Notes under the pieces: generated by a model
What the model saw: only the letters and a program-made list of their open reading frames with translations
What the model was told of the DNA's origin: nothing
Databases searched by the model: none
NCBI GenBank assembly: GCA_036507075.1
Contig: DASXQR010000046.1
Coordinates: 1 to 28,748, forward strand
Length of the DNA stretch: 28,748 bases
Origin: Acidobacteriota bacterium
Lineage (GTDB): Bacteria > Acidobacteriota > UBA6911 > JACQSX01
Direction: 5' to 3'
Shown here: piece after piece, positions 9,397-18,168 of the stretch
Layout: every line of letters begins with the position of its first letter
How positions within the stretch are numbered: position 1 is the first letter of the stretch
Position numbers and translations under genes: made by a program

Positions 9397-12300
9397 TGAA
9401 CGCCGTCGGCCAGCGGGAACTCCTCACGCAGAAGAGCGTGGTTGCGTTCCTCAAGGACGTGCTGGGCTATGCCTACCTCGGCCACTGGAAGGACCGCCCC
9501 GACAACAGCAACGTCGAGGAGGCCCTACTCACCGATTGGCTTAAGCGCCAGAGCCATAGCGAGAAGATCATCGGAAAGGTGCTGTTCGAGCTGGGAAAGG
9601 CCACCGCGTTCGGCGGCAGCAAAACACTCTACGACGCGAACCGCGAGGTGTACAGCTTGCTCCGCTACGGCGTGAAGGTCCGGCCGGACGTGGGCGAGCA
9701 GCACGTCACGGTCTGGCTGATCGACTGGGAGAACCCTGGCTATAACGACTTCGCCATCGCCGAGGAAGTGACCGTGGCCGGGGAGAATAACAAGCGGCCC
9801 GACATCGTGCTCTACGTCAACGGCATCGCCCTCGGCGTGCTGGAGCTGAAGCGTTCCATCGTATCGGTAACGGAAGGTATCCGGCAGAACCTGGACAGCC
9901 AGAAAAAGGACTTCATCCGGCCGTTTTATGCCACGGTGCAACTCGTAATGGCGGGCAACGACACCGAGGGACTGCGTTACGGCGTGATCGAGACGCCGCA
10001 GAAGTACTGGCTGCGCTGGAAGGAAGGCGACGCACAGGCGGCTGCCGGCGACAACCCGCTGCTGCGCGAGTTGGGCCAGCTCTGCGCGAAGGAGCGTCTG
10101 CTCGAGCTCGTGCATGATTTCATCGTGTTCGACGCAGGCATAAAGAAGACCTGCCGCCACCACCAGTACTTCGGCGTACGCGCAGCGCAGACGCGCGTGC
10201 AGCGGCGCGAGGGCGGCATCCTCTGGCACACCCAGGGCAGCGGCAAGAGCCTAATCATGATCTGGCTCGCAAAGTGGATCCGCGAGCACGTGACAAATAG
10301 CAGGGTATTGATCATTACCGACCGCACGGAGCTAGACGAGCAGATAGAGAAGTTCTTCCTGGGCGTCAACGAAGGCATCTATCGCACGAAGAGCGGCGCA
10401 GACCTCGTACGCGTTCTCGACGTGGGCGAGGAGTGGCTGATCTGCTCGCTGATCCACAAGTTCGGCGCGTCGGAGGAAGGCGACATCGATCTCTTCCTCG
10501 AGGACATTCGAAGCCACTTGCCCAAGGGGTTCTACGCCAAGGGTGACATCTTCGTCTTCGTGGACGAGTGCCACCGCACGCAATCCGGCAAGCTGCATGA
10601 CGCGATGAAGGCGCTGCTGCCGGGGGCGATGCTGATCGGCTTCACCGGGACGCCGCTGCTAAGGGACGACAAGCGGCGGAGCATCGAGACCTTCGGGCCG
10701 TACATCCACACCTACAAATACGACGAGGCGGTGCGCGACCGCGTGGTGCTCGACCTGCGCTACGAGGCGCGCGACATCGACCAGAACATCACGTCGCAAT
10801 CCAAGATCGATCAGTGGTTCGAGCTCAAGACTCGGGGATTGACCGACGTGGCGAAGGCGCAGCTCAAGCAGCGCTGGGGCACGATGCAGAAGGTGTTGAG
10901 CGCCCGCGACCGGTTGACCCAAATCGTCAACGACATCCTGCTTGACATGGAGACGCGCGATCGGCTCAAGAGCGGCCACGGAAACGCACTGCTGGTCTCG
11001 GGCAGCATCTACTCGGCCTGTCGGTTCTTTGAGATGTTCCAGAAAACGGATCTGGCGGGCAGGTGCGCGATTGTCACGTCCTACAGGCCGTCGCCGGCGG
11101 ACATCAAAGGTGAGGAGACAGGCGAGGGACTGACGGAGAATTTGCGGCAGTACGACATCTACCGGAAGATGCTCGCCGCGCACTTCAACGAGCCCGAAGA
11201 AACGGCTATGTACAAGGTCGAGCAGTTCGAGAAGGAGGTGAAGAAGCGCTTCGTCGACGAACCCGGCCAGATGAAGCTGCTGATCGTTGTGGACAAACTG
11301 CTGACCGGATTCGACGCGCCGCCAGCCACCTACCTCTACATCGACAAACAGATGCAGGACCACGGGCTGTTTCAGGCGATTTGCCGGGTCAACCGCCTGG
11401 ATGGTGAGGACAAGGAGTACGGCTACATCATCGATTACAAGGATCTCTTTCGGTCGCTGGAGGAGTCCATCAAGGACTACACCGGAGAAGCCTTCGCTGG
11501 CTACGATAAGGCCGACATCGAGGGCTTATTAAAGGATCGGCTTCAGCAGGACCGGGACCGGCTGGAGGAGGCGCGCGAGGCGGTCAAAGCGCTGTGCGAA
11601 CCGGTGGAGCCGCCGCGCGATACGGCGGCTTATCTCCGCTACTTCTGCGCAGTCGACAGCGGCAATGCCGAGCAGTTGAAGGACAACGAGCCGAGGCGCG
11701 TAGCGCTCTACAAGCTCGCTGCCGCGTTCCTGCGGGCTTACGCCAATCTGGCCAACGAAATGCTCGAGGCCGGGTACTCCGCGGCGGAGGCGCGTGAAAT
11801 CAAGGGCGAGGTCGACCACTACGAGAAAGTGCGCGAAGAGGTCAAGCTAGCCAGCGGTGACTACATCGACATGAAGATGTACGAGCCGGCCATGCGCCAC
11901 CTGCTGGACACCTACATCCGGGCCGAAGAAAGCGAGAAGCTCTCGGGCTTCGACGATCTGACGCTGGTGCAGCTGATCGTGGAGCGCGGCGAAGCGGCCG
12001 TTGACGCGCTTCCCAGGGGCCTGCGCGAAAACCGCGAGGCGGTGGCGGAAACAATCGAGAACAACGTCCGCCGGCTGATCATCGACGAGATGGCCGTTAA
12101 CCCGAAGTACTTCGAGAAGATGTCCGAGCTCCTCAACGCTCTGATCGCGCAGCGCAAGCAGGAGACGATGGACTACAAGGCCTACCTGGCAAGGATCGTC
12201 GCGCTTACCAAACAAGTGAGCCAGCCAGAGACCCAGTCGTCCTATCCCTCGAGCATCAACAGCGCCGCACTGCGCGCGCTGTATGACAACCTGGAAGATG

Positions 12301-12539
12301 CCAGGGTGCTGGCAGTACGGGAGCGATCGGCGCCTTACGGCTCCGCTCCAGACGCGGAAGCCAGAGAAGCAAAGGCTCTGGCGCTGGATCGTGCCGTCCG
12401 CCGGATAAAGAAGGCGGACTGGCGCGGCAACAAGTTCAAGGAACGCGAGGTCCGCAACGCTATCCAGTCGGTACTCGGTGCGAATAGGGGTCTGGTGGAC
12501 ACTATCTTTGAGATTGTAAAGAATCAGCGTGAGTACTAA
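9396..12539 (+). CDS. hsdR: Type I RM restriction subunit R
   Basis: RPDIVLYVNG..ELK nuclease motif, HTQGSGKS, DECHR, GFTGTP, LLTGFD, QAICRVNR. Confidence 0.97.
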   Translation: MNAVGQRELLTQKSVVAFLKDVLGYAYLGHWKDRPDNSNVEEALLTDWLKRQSHSEKIIGKVLFELGKATAFGGSKTLYDANREVYSLLRYGVKVRPDVGEQHVTVWLIDWENPGYNDFAIAEEVTVAGENNKRPDIVLYVNGIALGVLELKRSIVSVTEGIRQNLDSQKKDFIRPFYATVQLVMAGNDTEGLRYGVIETPQKYWLRWKEGDAQAAAGDNPLLRELGQLCAKERLLELVHDFIVFDAGIKKTCRHHQYFGVRAAQTRVQRREGGILWHTQGSGKSLIMIWLAKWIREHVTNSRVLIITDRTELDEQIEKFFLGVNEGIYRTKSGADLVRVLDVGEEWLICSLIHKFGASEEGDIDLFLEDIRSHLPKGFYAKGDIFVFVDECHRTQSGKLHDAMKALLPGAMLIGFTGTPLLRDDKRRSIETFGPYIHTYKYDEAVRDRVVLDLRYEARDIDQNITSQSKIDQWFELKTRGLTDVAKAQLKQRWGTMQKVLSARDRLTQIVNDILLDMETRDRLKSGHGNALLVSGSIYSACRFFEMFQKTDLAGRCAIVTSYRPSPADIKGEETGEGLTENLRQYDIYRKMLAAHFNEPEETAMYKVEQFEKEVKKRFVDEPGQMKLLIVVDKLLTGFDAPPATYLYIDKQMQDHGLFQAICRVNRLDGEDKEYGYIIDYKDLFRSLEESIKDYTGEAFAGYDKADIEGLLKDRLQQDRDRLEEAREAVKALCEPVEPPRDTAAYLRYFCAVDSGNAEQLKDNEPRRVALYKLAAAFLRAYANLANEMLEAGYSAAEAREIKGEVDHYEKVREEVKLASGDYIDMKMYEPAMRHLLDTYIRAEESEKLSGFDDLTLVQLIVERGEAAVDALPRGLRENREAVAETIENNVRRLIIDEMAVNPKYFEKMSELLNALIAQRKQETMDYKAYLARIVALTKQVSQPETQSSYPSSINSAALRALYDNLEDARVLAVRERSAPYGSAPDAEAREAKALALDRAVRRIKKADWRGNKFKEREVRNAIQSVLGANRGLVDTIFEIVKNQREY

Positions 12540-13257
12540 ACGGCATCAAATCGAGGTCCGAGGGCTGCCCATCGAGGTGGTCCGCAAGGACATCAAGAAT
12601 CTCCATGTGGGCGTGTATCCCCCGGGTGGACGGGTACGAGTAGCCGCACCGCTGCGCCTTGATGATGACGCCGTGCGGCTCGCCGTCATCTCACGCCTGG
12701 GATGGATTCGTCGGCAGCAGGCGGGCTTCGTGCAGCAGGTGCGCCAGTCAGAGCGCGAGTTCGTGACTGGCGAAAGCCACTACTTCGAGGGCCGTCGCTA
12801 CCGTCTCCGTGTGATCGAACATGCGGGCCCGCCGTCTCTGGGCCTGCCGAATAACACCACCATGGAATTGCGTGTGCCTCCGGAGACCAACCGGCAGAAG
12901 CGGGAAGCCTTGCTTCAGGCCTGGTATCGGCGACGGCTTCGGGGGCATATTCCACCACTTCTCGCCAAGTGGGAAACCAGGGTCGGCGTAATGGTTGCCG
13001 AAGCACGCATTAAGAAGATGAAAACGCGCTGGGGGAGCTGCAATGCCGCGGCACGGCGTATCTGGCTGAATCTCGAGCTGGCCAAGAAGTCGCCTTCGTG
13101 CCTGGAGTACATCCTAGTGCACGAGATGGTCCACATCCTTGAACGGTGCCACAATGAACGGTTCCGCGTGCTGATGGACACGCTGATGCCCACATGGCGC
13201 CTATGCCGGGAGGAACTGAATCGGGCACCCTTGGCGCATGAGGAGTGGAAGTATTGA
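12529..13257 (+). CDS. M48/YgjP (DUF45)-family metallopeptidase-like protein, common hsdR neighbour
   Basis: KMKTRWGSC, LNLEL, HEMVH zinc motif, HNERF. Confidence 0.9.
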   Translation: MSTKRHQIEVRGLPIEVVRKDIKNLHVGVYPPGGRVRVAAPLRLDDDAVRLAVISRLGWIRRQQAGFVQQVRQSEREFVTGESHYFEGRRYRLRVIEHAGPPSLGLPNNTTMELRVPPETNRQKREALLQAWYRRRLRGHIPPLLAKWETRVGVMVAEARIKKMKTRWGSCNAAARRIWLNLELAKKSPSCLEYILVHEMVHILERCHNERFRVLMDTLMPTWRLCREELNRAPLAHEEWKY

Positions 13258-13272
13258 GCCACCCTGGGCACT

Positions 13273-13334
13273 GCATAACAATCGGTTCCAGCGGCTGGCG
13301 CTGCGCGGCCTGCCACTGAACCGGAGCGTTAGAC
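13273..13334 (+). other. attC site 2 (canonical, 62 bp)
   Basis: R'' GCATAAC, 5 nt, L'' GTTCCAG ... L' CTGAAC (one extra-helical base), 6 nt, R' GTTAGAC; 15 nt after the stop codon. Confidence 0.9.
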
Positions 13335-13339
13335 CGCCG

Positions 13340-14080
13340 ATGAACCGTCCGCACGCCATGAATACCGACAACTTTCTGGCAGGTCACAGGAGGTACTTTT
13401 TAGGATCGTACGATCAATTCGTCTCATTCGGTGGACCATGCGTTTACTTCCATCGCGAATGCCTCCGCGAGCGAGATAGATCGTTTCTCTCGCGTCGCCA
13501 TATTGAGATGTTGTACGCAACGCTCGCCGCGTGGGGCATGCACCGAATGGGCGACGCAGACAGAACGAAGACGAAGCTGACTGACTGGGAACAGTTTCAC
13601 GGATCCATTCTTGCGAATGCATCAGCGCTTGGCGACTTCCGCGAGTACAAGATCCTGGAAATCTCCGACGGCGATTACTCCGCTGCACTCAAGAGACTCC
13701 GGCCCATCTACGAGTCCCTCCGGTTGTCTGCGTCGGGAGCCACCGTTGTCGTGAACTCGAAGGCCTTGCACCACGTGCTGCCGGAGTTCATTCCTCCGAT
13801 TGATCGGCAGTACACGATTCGATTCTTCACCCAATCTCCCGATCGTTGGCGGGATTCGAAAGGGAAGTTCCGGCTGATCTCTTTGCCATCTGGACTGGAA
13901 GCTCAATTCTGCACCTTTTGTGAGACGTGCATTGCGTTCAAGCACCTGGCTGATCGGGTAGACCGCGCGCTGTTCGACAACGAGCGCAATCAGCATGGCG
14001 TCACCGCGCCAAAGGCCTTGGACAATGCGATAGTCAACTACGTCAGAATTGTCGGAGCAGCGAAGCCACCGGCGGTCTAA
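13340..14080 (+). CDS. Cassette-borne hypothetical protein, possibly HhH DNA-glycosylase-like
   Basis: Fills the cassette 13329-14148; YATLAAWGM and SKALHHVLPEFIPPIDR motifs; start is 13340 or 13358; TAA stop lies inside R''. Confidence 0.8.
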   Translation: MNRPHAMNTDNFLAGHRRYFLGSYDQFVSFGGPCVYFHRECLRERDRSFLSRRHIEMLYATLAAWGMHRMGDADRTKTKLTDWEQFHGSILANASALGDFREYKILEISDGDYSAALKRLRPIYESLRLSASGATVVVNSKALHHVLPEFIPPIDRQYTIRFFTQSPDRWRDSKGKFRLISLPSGLEAQFCTFCETCIAFKHLADRVDRALFDNERNQHGVTAPKALDNAIVNYVRIVGAAKPPAV

Positions 14081-14154
14081 CAAGGCGATGGGCCCAACGC
14101 CGGGGTAGCCGTTCTCGCGTCCCGCCCGGCGCCGATCGTCGCCAAACATTATGC
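14075..14154 (+). other. attC site 3 (R' degenerate)
   Basis: CGGCGGTCTAAC (14070-14081) is the exact 12-bp complement of the cassette start GTTAGACCGCCG; stems GGCGATG/CGTCGCC and CGCCGGG/CCCGGCG; R' reads ATTATGC. Confidence 0.8.
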
Positions 14155-14199
14155 GTACAACCAATCCGCCACGGTCCTGCGGTCGAGCTAGATAACCGC

Positions 14200-14481
14200 G
14201 TGCAGATCCGCTATGGTAATGATCCGACAACAGGACTATCCATACTTCTATCAACACGATGTTTCGGAGTGGGAAGTTGAAGATATTCTTGGCGACCGTT
14301 ACAAGACATTCTTGGACGGGATGATTATCGAATTGCAATCGGCCAGACTGAAGAGGGACGATATTTAAGGGGGTCTACGTTCCAGATCCTGACTCCCCAT
14401 TCTGTTTTCGTCATAACGGGATATGAGCTGAGTCCTAAGGCAAAGCCGGCAATCCGCCGTAGGAAAAAGAATAAACGATGA
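14200..14481 (+). pseudogene. DUF4258/BrnT-like toxin, multiply frameshifted
   Basis: Fragments QIRYGNDPTTGL, YQHDVSEWEVEDIL, GRDDYRIAIGQTEEGRYL, YVPDPD, SVFVITGYELSPKAKPAIRRRKKNKR; ATGA overlap with the next gene. Confidence 0.75.
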
Positions 14482-14520
14482 CTAAGGAAAAATATCTGGA
14501 TGGAATCAGGCTCGAGTTCC
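14478..14520 (+). pseudogene. N-terminal remnant of the cognate antitoxin
   Basis: MTKEKY then, after a frameshift, GWNQARV; similarity lost after about 14520. Confidence 0.55.
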
Positions 14521-14594
14521 TGGGGTGCGCAGTGATGATCGTTACAAGTACCGGGTTCAGAGGTCTCATGTCCGGGGACGGAGCCGCTCAGGGT

Positions 14595-14651
14595 TCCATC
14601 GCCGCGCAAAAAACGCACGGCTCGGCGTGGCTCATCGTTAAGCCATTAGCA
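14595..14651 (+). other. Right half of a degenerate attC (site 4)
   Basis: GCG-AAAAAA-CGC type loop, L'-like GCTCATC, then ATTAGCACAC just before ATG 14662; left half not recognisable. Confidence 0.4.
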
Positions 14652-14661
14652 CACACGTGAC

Positions 14662-15429
14662 ATGAACCTCGCCTTGCTGGACAGCCGACTCGTTGTAGCC
14701 GTGATTGCGGGCGTCCTGGGTTTCATCTTAGCGCTCCTGACCCAGAGGATCCTCGGCAAGCGGGGTCTCTTCACCTACTTCGTGTGGCACAACAGACTTG
14801 GCGTCTCCGCAGACGATGCGATATTCGGATCTGTGCGAGTTACGTGGAACGACAATCCTGTCGCGAACCTGTATTCTTCGACCGTCGAATTGCGGAATGA
14901 GAGTTTCAACGACTACGACAATGTCGTCGTCCGTGTGTTCACGAATGATACGTTTCTCCTTACGGAAAGGACAGACATCGTCGGAACCACCCACTTCCTC
15001 AACTGGACCGACGAGTTTTCGAATCGGCTTGTAGTACAGCCAGGCACACAGCCAACTATAGCTCAGCAAAATCTGTATAGGAGCCAGCGTGATTACTTGG
15101 TTCCGACTATGAATCGTGGGCAGATCGTGCGTTTCACTTTTCTAAATGCGCCGACGTCGGACAAGCCGTCGCTCTGGCTCGATATTTTGCATAAGGGCGT
15201 CAGGCTCAAGTTTCGCTTGGCCCAGACTCAGTTCCTCGGCGTTCCTCAACCTGCTGCCGCACTAGTGGGTGCGGCCCTCAGCCTGGTCGTTCTGGCAGTA
15301 GTGGTCTCACTCGTTGATAGTGTGTGAGTGGCGGCAATTCTGTGCCTAGTGTACGGATTGATCGTTCTGGTACCAGGAGCTCTGTCGATCAGGTTGTGGC
15401 GGTGGCTCAAAGATTTGTTGGGCGGTTGA
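14662..15429 (+). pseudogene. Cassette-type membrane protein (TM - soluble domain - 2 TM) with a premature stop
   Basis: TGA at 15325-15327 is followed in frame by VAAILCLVYGLIVLVPGALSIRLWRWLKDLLGG and a stop at 15429. Confidence 0.7.
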
Positions 15430-15445
15430 TAGCCCCGAATGTGCG

Positions 15446-15511
15446 CGGTAACAAATAAATGGTTATTGTCGCCCGCGAGTCTGCGGATCTGGCAACATCC
15501 GAGTGTTAAGC
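15446..15511 (+). other. attC site 5 (degenerate)
   Basis: CGGTAAC 16 nt after the restored stop, ATGGTT ... AACAT inner boxes, 6 nt, R' GTTAAGC. Confidence 0.5.
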
Positions 15512-15984
15512 CGCGACAAAAACCCTGGGTTGAACTAAATCCAGGGTCAGCCAGTGCGCAGGTGTTTGGAATCTCAATGTGCTTTCGAGCAGAAGCAGTC
15601 AGCCGGTGTTGCGAAAAGAGCGTCACTGAAGGAATGAAATCCATACAAGCGGCAATTGGTGAGGCGAAGTAGCCTGCTGAAGACCATCCAAATACACGAG
15701 TGACCTGCCGCCGTCCGTCGAGGAGGGAACGAGAACTTGGCCGGTGAGAAGGTGGAACCTCCTTAATACGTAGCTCACGGATGGCGGTTCGAACTCCCCA
15801 GTATCGCGACTATTGGAGGATGAGAAAACATTCAGAATTATCAGAGGGCGTACAGAGCCCTTACTGAGTTGATGGAACAACTTAATCCGTCTAAAACGAG
15901 AAAGAACGTATAATATGTACAGCGAGAGTCGACAACGTCAACCAAATCTCGGACCCTCGCCTTCATATCAAACGGAACCGCAAT

Positions 15985-17133
15985 ATGCCTGACCCGATCG
16001 AGACGTATCGCGCAGAGGCCACACAGCGCATCCAACTTGCAAATTCCCAAGGTGGGTGGGAAGGAATTCACACCGATTTCAAGGTATCGCTCGGTACAAC
16101 ACCGCGGGACCTCGCAAGACTCCTAAAACACATCCTGGCGTTTGGAAATACCCCGAGGAGCACCGAGGCATACATAATTTGCGGCGTCAGTGAGAATAAG
16201 CAAAATGGCACGTTCACTCACGTGGGCGTCTCAGACCAAGGATTCCCTTCATCCGAGAGACTGTATTCGTTGCTTAAAGAATATACCGATATCCGTGACG
16301 TCTTTATTGACGCCCATTTCTACCTCGACGACCGTCGGACACCGTACATCGTGATTCCACTCCAGTACGAGGGGCCGTGCGCCTTAATAAAAAAGTTTCA
16401 GGGAGCCGCTAGCACTGTGATCCCAGACGAAATTTACTGTCGGTACGGCAGTAGCAGCATGCCAGCAATGCCAAGAGACGTTCGCAGGATGCATGCGGAT
16501 TGGGCCACGTGGTTTCTTGATTGCCGATACGAGAAGAGTGCGGCTGCGATGGTAACGGCGCTATCAAAAAGATTTCCTCGGCACTCGTCGCTGACTACCA
16601 CAGGTGATTACGTCCGTCTCGTGTATGAGAGCGACGTCAGTGACGAATTTGGCCAGCGGACTGCGCCGGCTCTCATTCATGCATACTGGGGATTTGCTCC
16701 CGTACCACGCGCGGCATATGTCGCGAAACTCCCTCTCCGCGTCTTATTACGTAGCCTTCCCGATAAACGAGTTGTACAAGCCACAGTGCCGCTGCTTTCG
16801 CTAATCGCCGCGACGGATTCTCAAGAAAGCATTCAGCTAGCGAAGGAAACGCTGGAGCACTTGACCACCCATGGTCGCAATTTCTGCGACGTGCTTCGAA
16901 AAATCAAGCAGGATAAGGGAACATGGGTGGATTCGATGCTGCTGAGAGACCTCAATATCAAAGAGACTGACCTGCTTGACAGCAGTTATTACGAGTCACT
17001 CTTCACAAAAATGCTCAGGATGCAATCGGTTGATCGAAAAACACAACAGTATGTAGACCGCACCATTCGCGCGATTCAGGGAGAGAAGCATCGGCAAACG
17101 GCACGCGTGAAACAGTACCGCAGCGCTCGCTGA
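15985..17133 (+). CDS. Schlafen/AlbA_2-domain protein, possibly internally deleted
   Basis: DFK...LLKHILAFGNT...YIICGVSE and YCRYGSSS pattern of AlbA_2; remainder not recognised. Confidence 0.7.
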   Translation: MPDPIETYRAEATQRIQLANSQGGWEGIHTDFKVSLGTTPRDLARLLKHILAFGNTPRSTEAYIICGVSENKQNGTFTHVGVSDQGFPSSERLYSLLKEYTDIRDVFIDAHFYLDDRRTPYIVIPLQYEGPCALIKKFQGAASTVIPDEIYCRYGSSSMPAMPRDVRRMHADWATWFLDCRYEKSAAAMVTALSKRFPRHSSLTTTGDYVRLVYESDVSDEFGQRTAPALIHAYWGFAPVPRAAYVAKLPLRVLLRSLPDKRVVQATVPLLSLIAATDSQESIQLAKETLEHLTTHGRNFCDVLRKIKQDKGTWVDSMLLRDLNIKETDLLDSSYYESLFTKMLRMQSVDRKTQQYVDRTIRAIQGEKHRQTARVKQYRSAR

Positions 17134-17163
17134 GGCGCCTTGGAACGACTGCCTAGAACGACT

Positions 17164-17366
17164 GACTAGAGCCTGACACCGAGACGGACGCTAAATGGCT
17201 GCCGGGTTTGAAATTTGACTTGAACGAATCTTGTTTTCCCGGTGGGGCAGACCAGGGAAATGTTCGCTGGTTTTGCCGAGAAAGAAAAGACCAGTGCCTG
17301 TCACCCAGAAGGACGCTAAATGACTGCCGGATTTGAAATTTGACTCGAACGACTATTGTTTTCCGG
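17164..17366 (+). repeat. Two tandem diverged copies of the left end of the 308-562 element
   Basis: GCCTG(T/A)CACC..GGACGC..TTTGAAATTTGACT(T/C)GAACG..TGTTTTCC at 17164-17269 and 17289-17366. Confidence 0.85.
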
Positions 17367-17664
17367 GTGAGCCAACTAGGAAGGGCCTGTCTTGGCTGCC
17401 GGAACTGGCCCTTGCGCGCGCCAAACCGGTAGACGAGAAAGGCGCGCCCTGTCCTCTGGCTCGAGCACGTCTAGGCTCGCCCAGGCGGCCTCAATGGTTC
17501 CACGATTGGTCCGAGCTCGTCACCAGTGGCGAGCGGACATGGAATCGTCGAAGGCCTGATTCTTCGGACCGTCGCGTACATAGGTCCGGAGTAGATGCGC
17601 GGCAGATGAGGCGATCGGCACGCGGACATCTGGGCCCTTCGGGTGCGTCCTCTTCGACATCGAC

Positions 17665-18022
17665 TCAGTAAACATCCAGATCCCGGCCGACTACCACTTT
17701 GCCCGGGTAACGTGATTGCAGCTCTTTCAGCAATTCTTCAGGCGCGGACGCGGTGGGGCTCAGGGCTGGGCGCAGGACAATTGAGGCGTGATAGACAATC
17801 AGCAGGCGGGGTTTCGCTTTGGCGGCGAGTTCGGCTAGTTGCACGGTCGACGTGTGGTATTTGGCGGCAAAGGATTGGAAGGTCTCGGGATGTTTTGCCA
17901 GCGAGGCCAGGGTGTTGGCTTCGTGGATCAGCACGTCGTAGCCGCGGCAGGCATCGATGGTCGCCTGTGTCGGGTTGGTGTCGCCTGAGATGACGATCCT
18001 GCGGTCCGGTCTGTCGAACCGG
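17665..18022 (-). pseudogene. Duplicated 3' third of the MBL-fold hydrolase gene at 20813-21766
   Basis: 17663-18022 aligns without gaps to 20811-21170; last 118 aa differ at 8 positions. Confidence 0.93.
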
Positions 18023-18058
18023 CCTTCGGGGGTGAGTTCAAACAAAGATTTTTTTAGA

Positions 18059-18082
18059 CACAAAGGCACAAAGGGCACAAAG
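18059..18082 (+). repeat. Short tandem repeat CACAAAG x3
   Basis: CACAAAG-G-CACAAAG-GG-CACAAAG near the truncation point of the MBL duplicate. Confidence 0.75.
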
Positions 18083-18168
18083 TAAGCTGGATGCAGGCAG
18101 AGCCGAGCGGCTGAAACCGGTGGCATTATGAAGCTCTCTTTATGAACCGGTCTAAATCGATCGACTTC

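Larger units (their letters stand above)
4210..13328 (+). mobile_element. Putative 9.1-kb integron gene cassette carrying type I RM + Kiwa + M48 peptidase
   Basis: Begins G/TTATGCAG (4209-4217); its attC begins with the exact complement CTGCATAAC (13271-13279); all six genes overlap, leaving no room for internal attC. Confidence 0.75.

Noticed and set aside
4361..12215. Long antisense ORFs inside hsdM/hsdS/hsdR (e.g. 4922-5893, 9525-10229)
   Set aside because: Shadow ORFs expected from GC-rich codon bias; no motifs
13238..13339. ORF-track start at 13238 for the 280-aa protein
   Set aside because: The extension runs through attC site 2; the true start must be 13340 or 13358
14637..14643. GTTAAGC as the R' of site 4
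   Set aside because: It fits GTTRRRY but abuts the L'-like box with no spacer; ATTAGCACAC at 14645 has better spacing and better matches the downstream R'' region. Not fully excluded
15325..15327. TGA recoding (alternative code or selenocysteine)
   Set aside because: Many well-defined genes here end in TGA with ATGA/TGATG overlaps; a nonsense mutation is simpler
15512..15984. Short ORFs or ncRNA in the spacer after site 5 (similar case at 17370-17660)
   Set aside because: No recognisable motif or structure; probably decayed coding remnants
17665..18126. 153-aa ORF as an intact protein
   Set aside because: Only 17665-18022 is homologous to the MBL gene; the N-terminus is translated repeat DNA and the HxHxDH motif is missing
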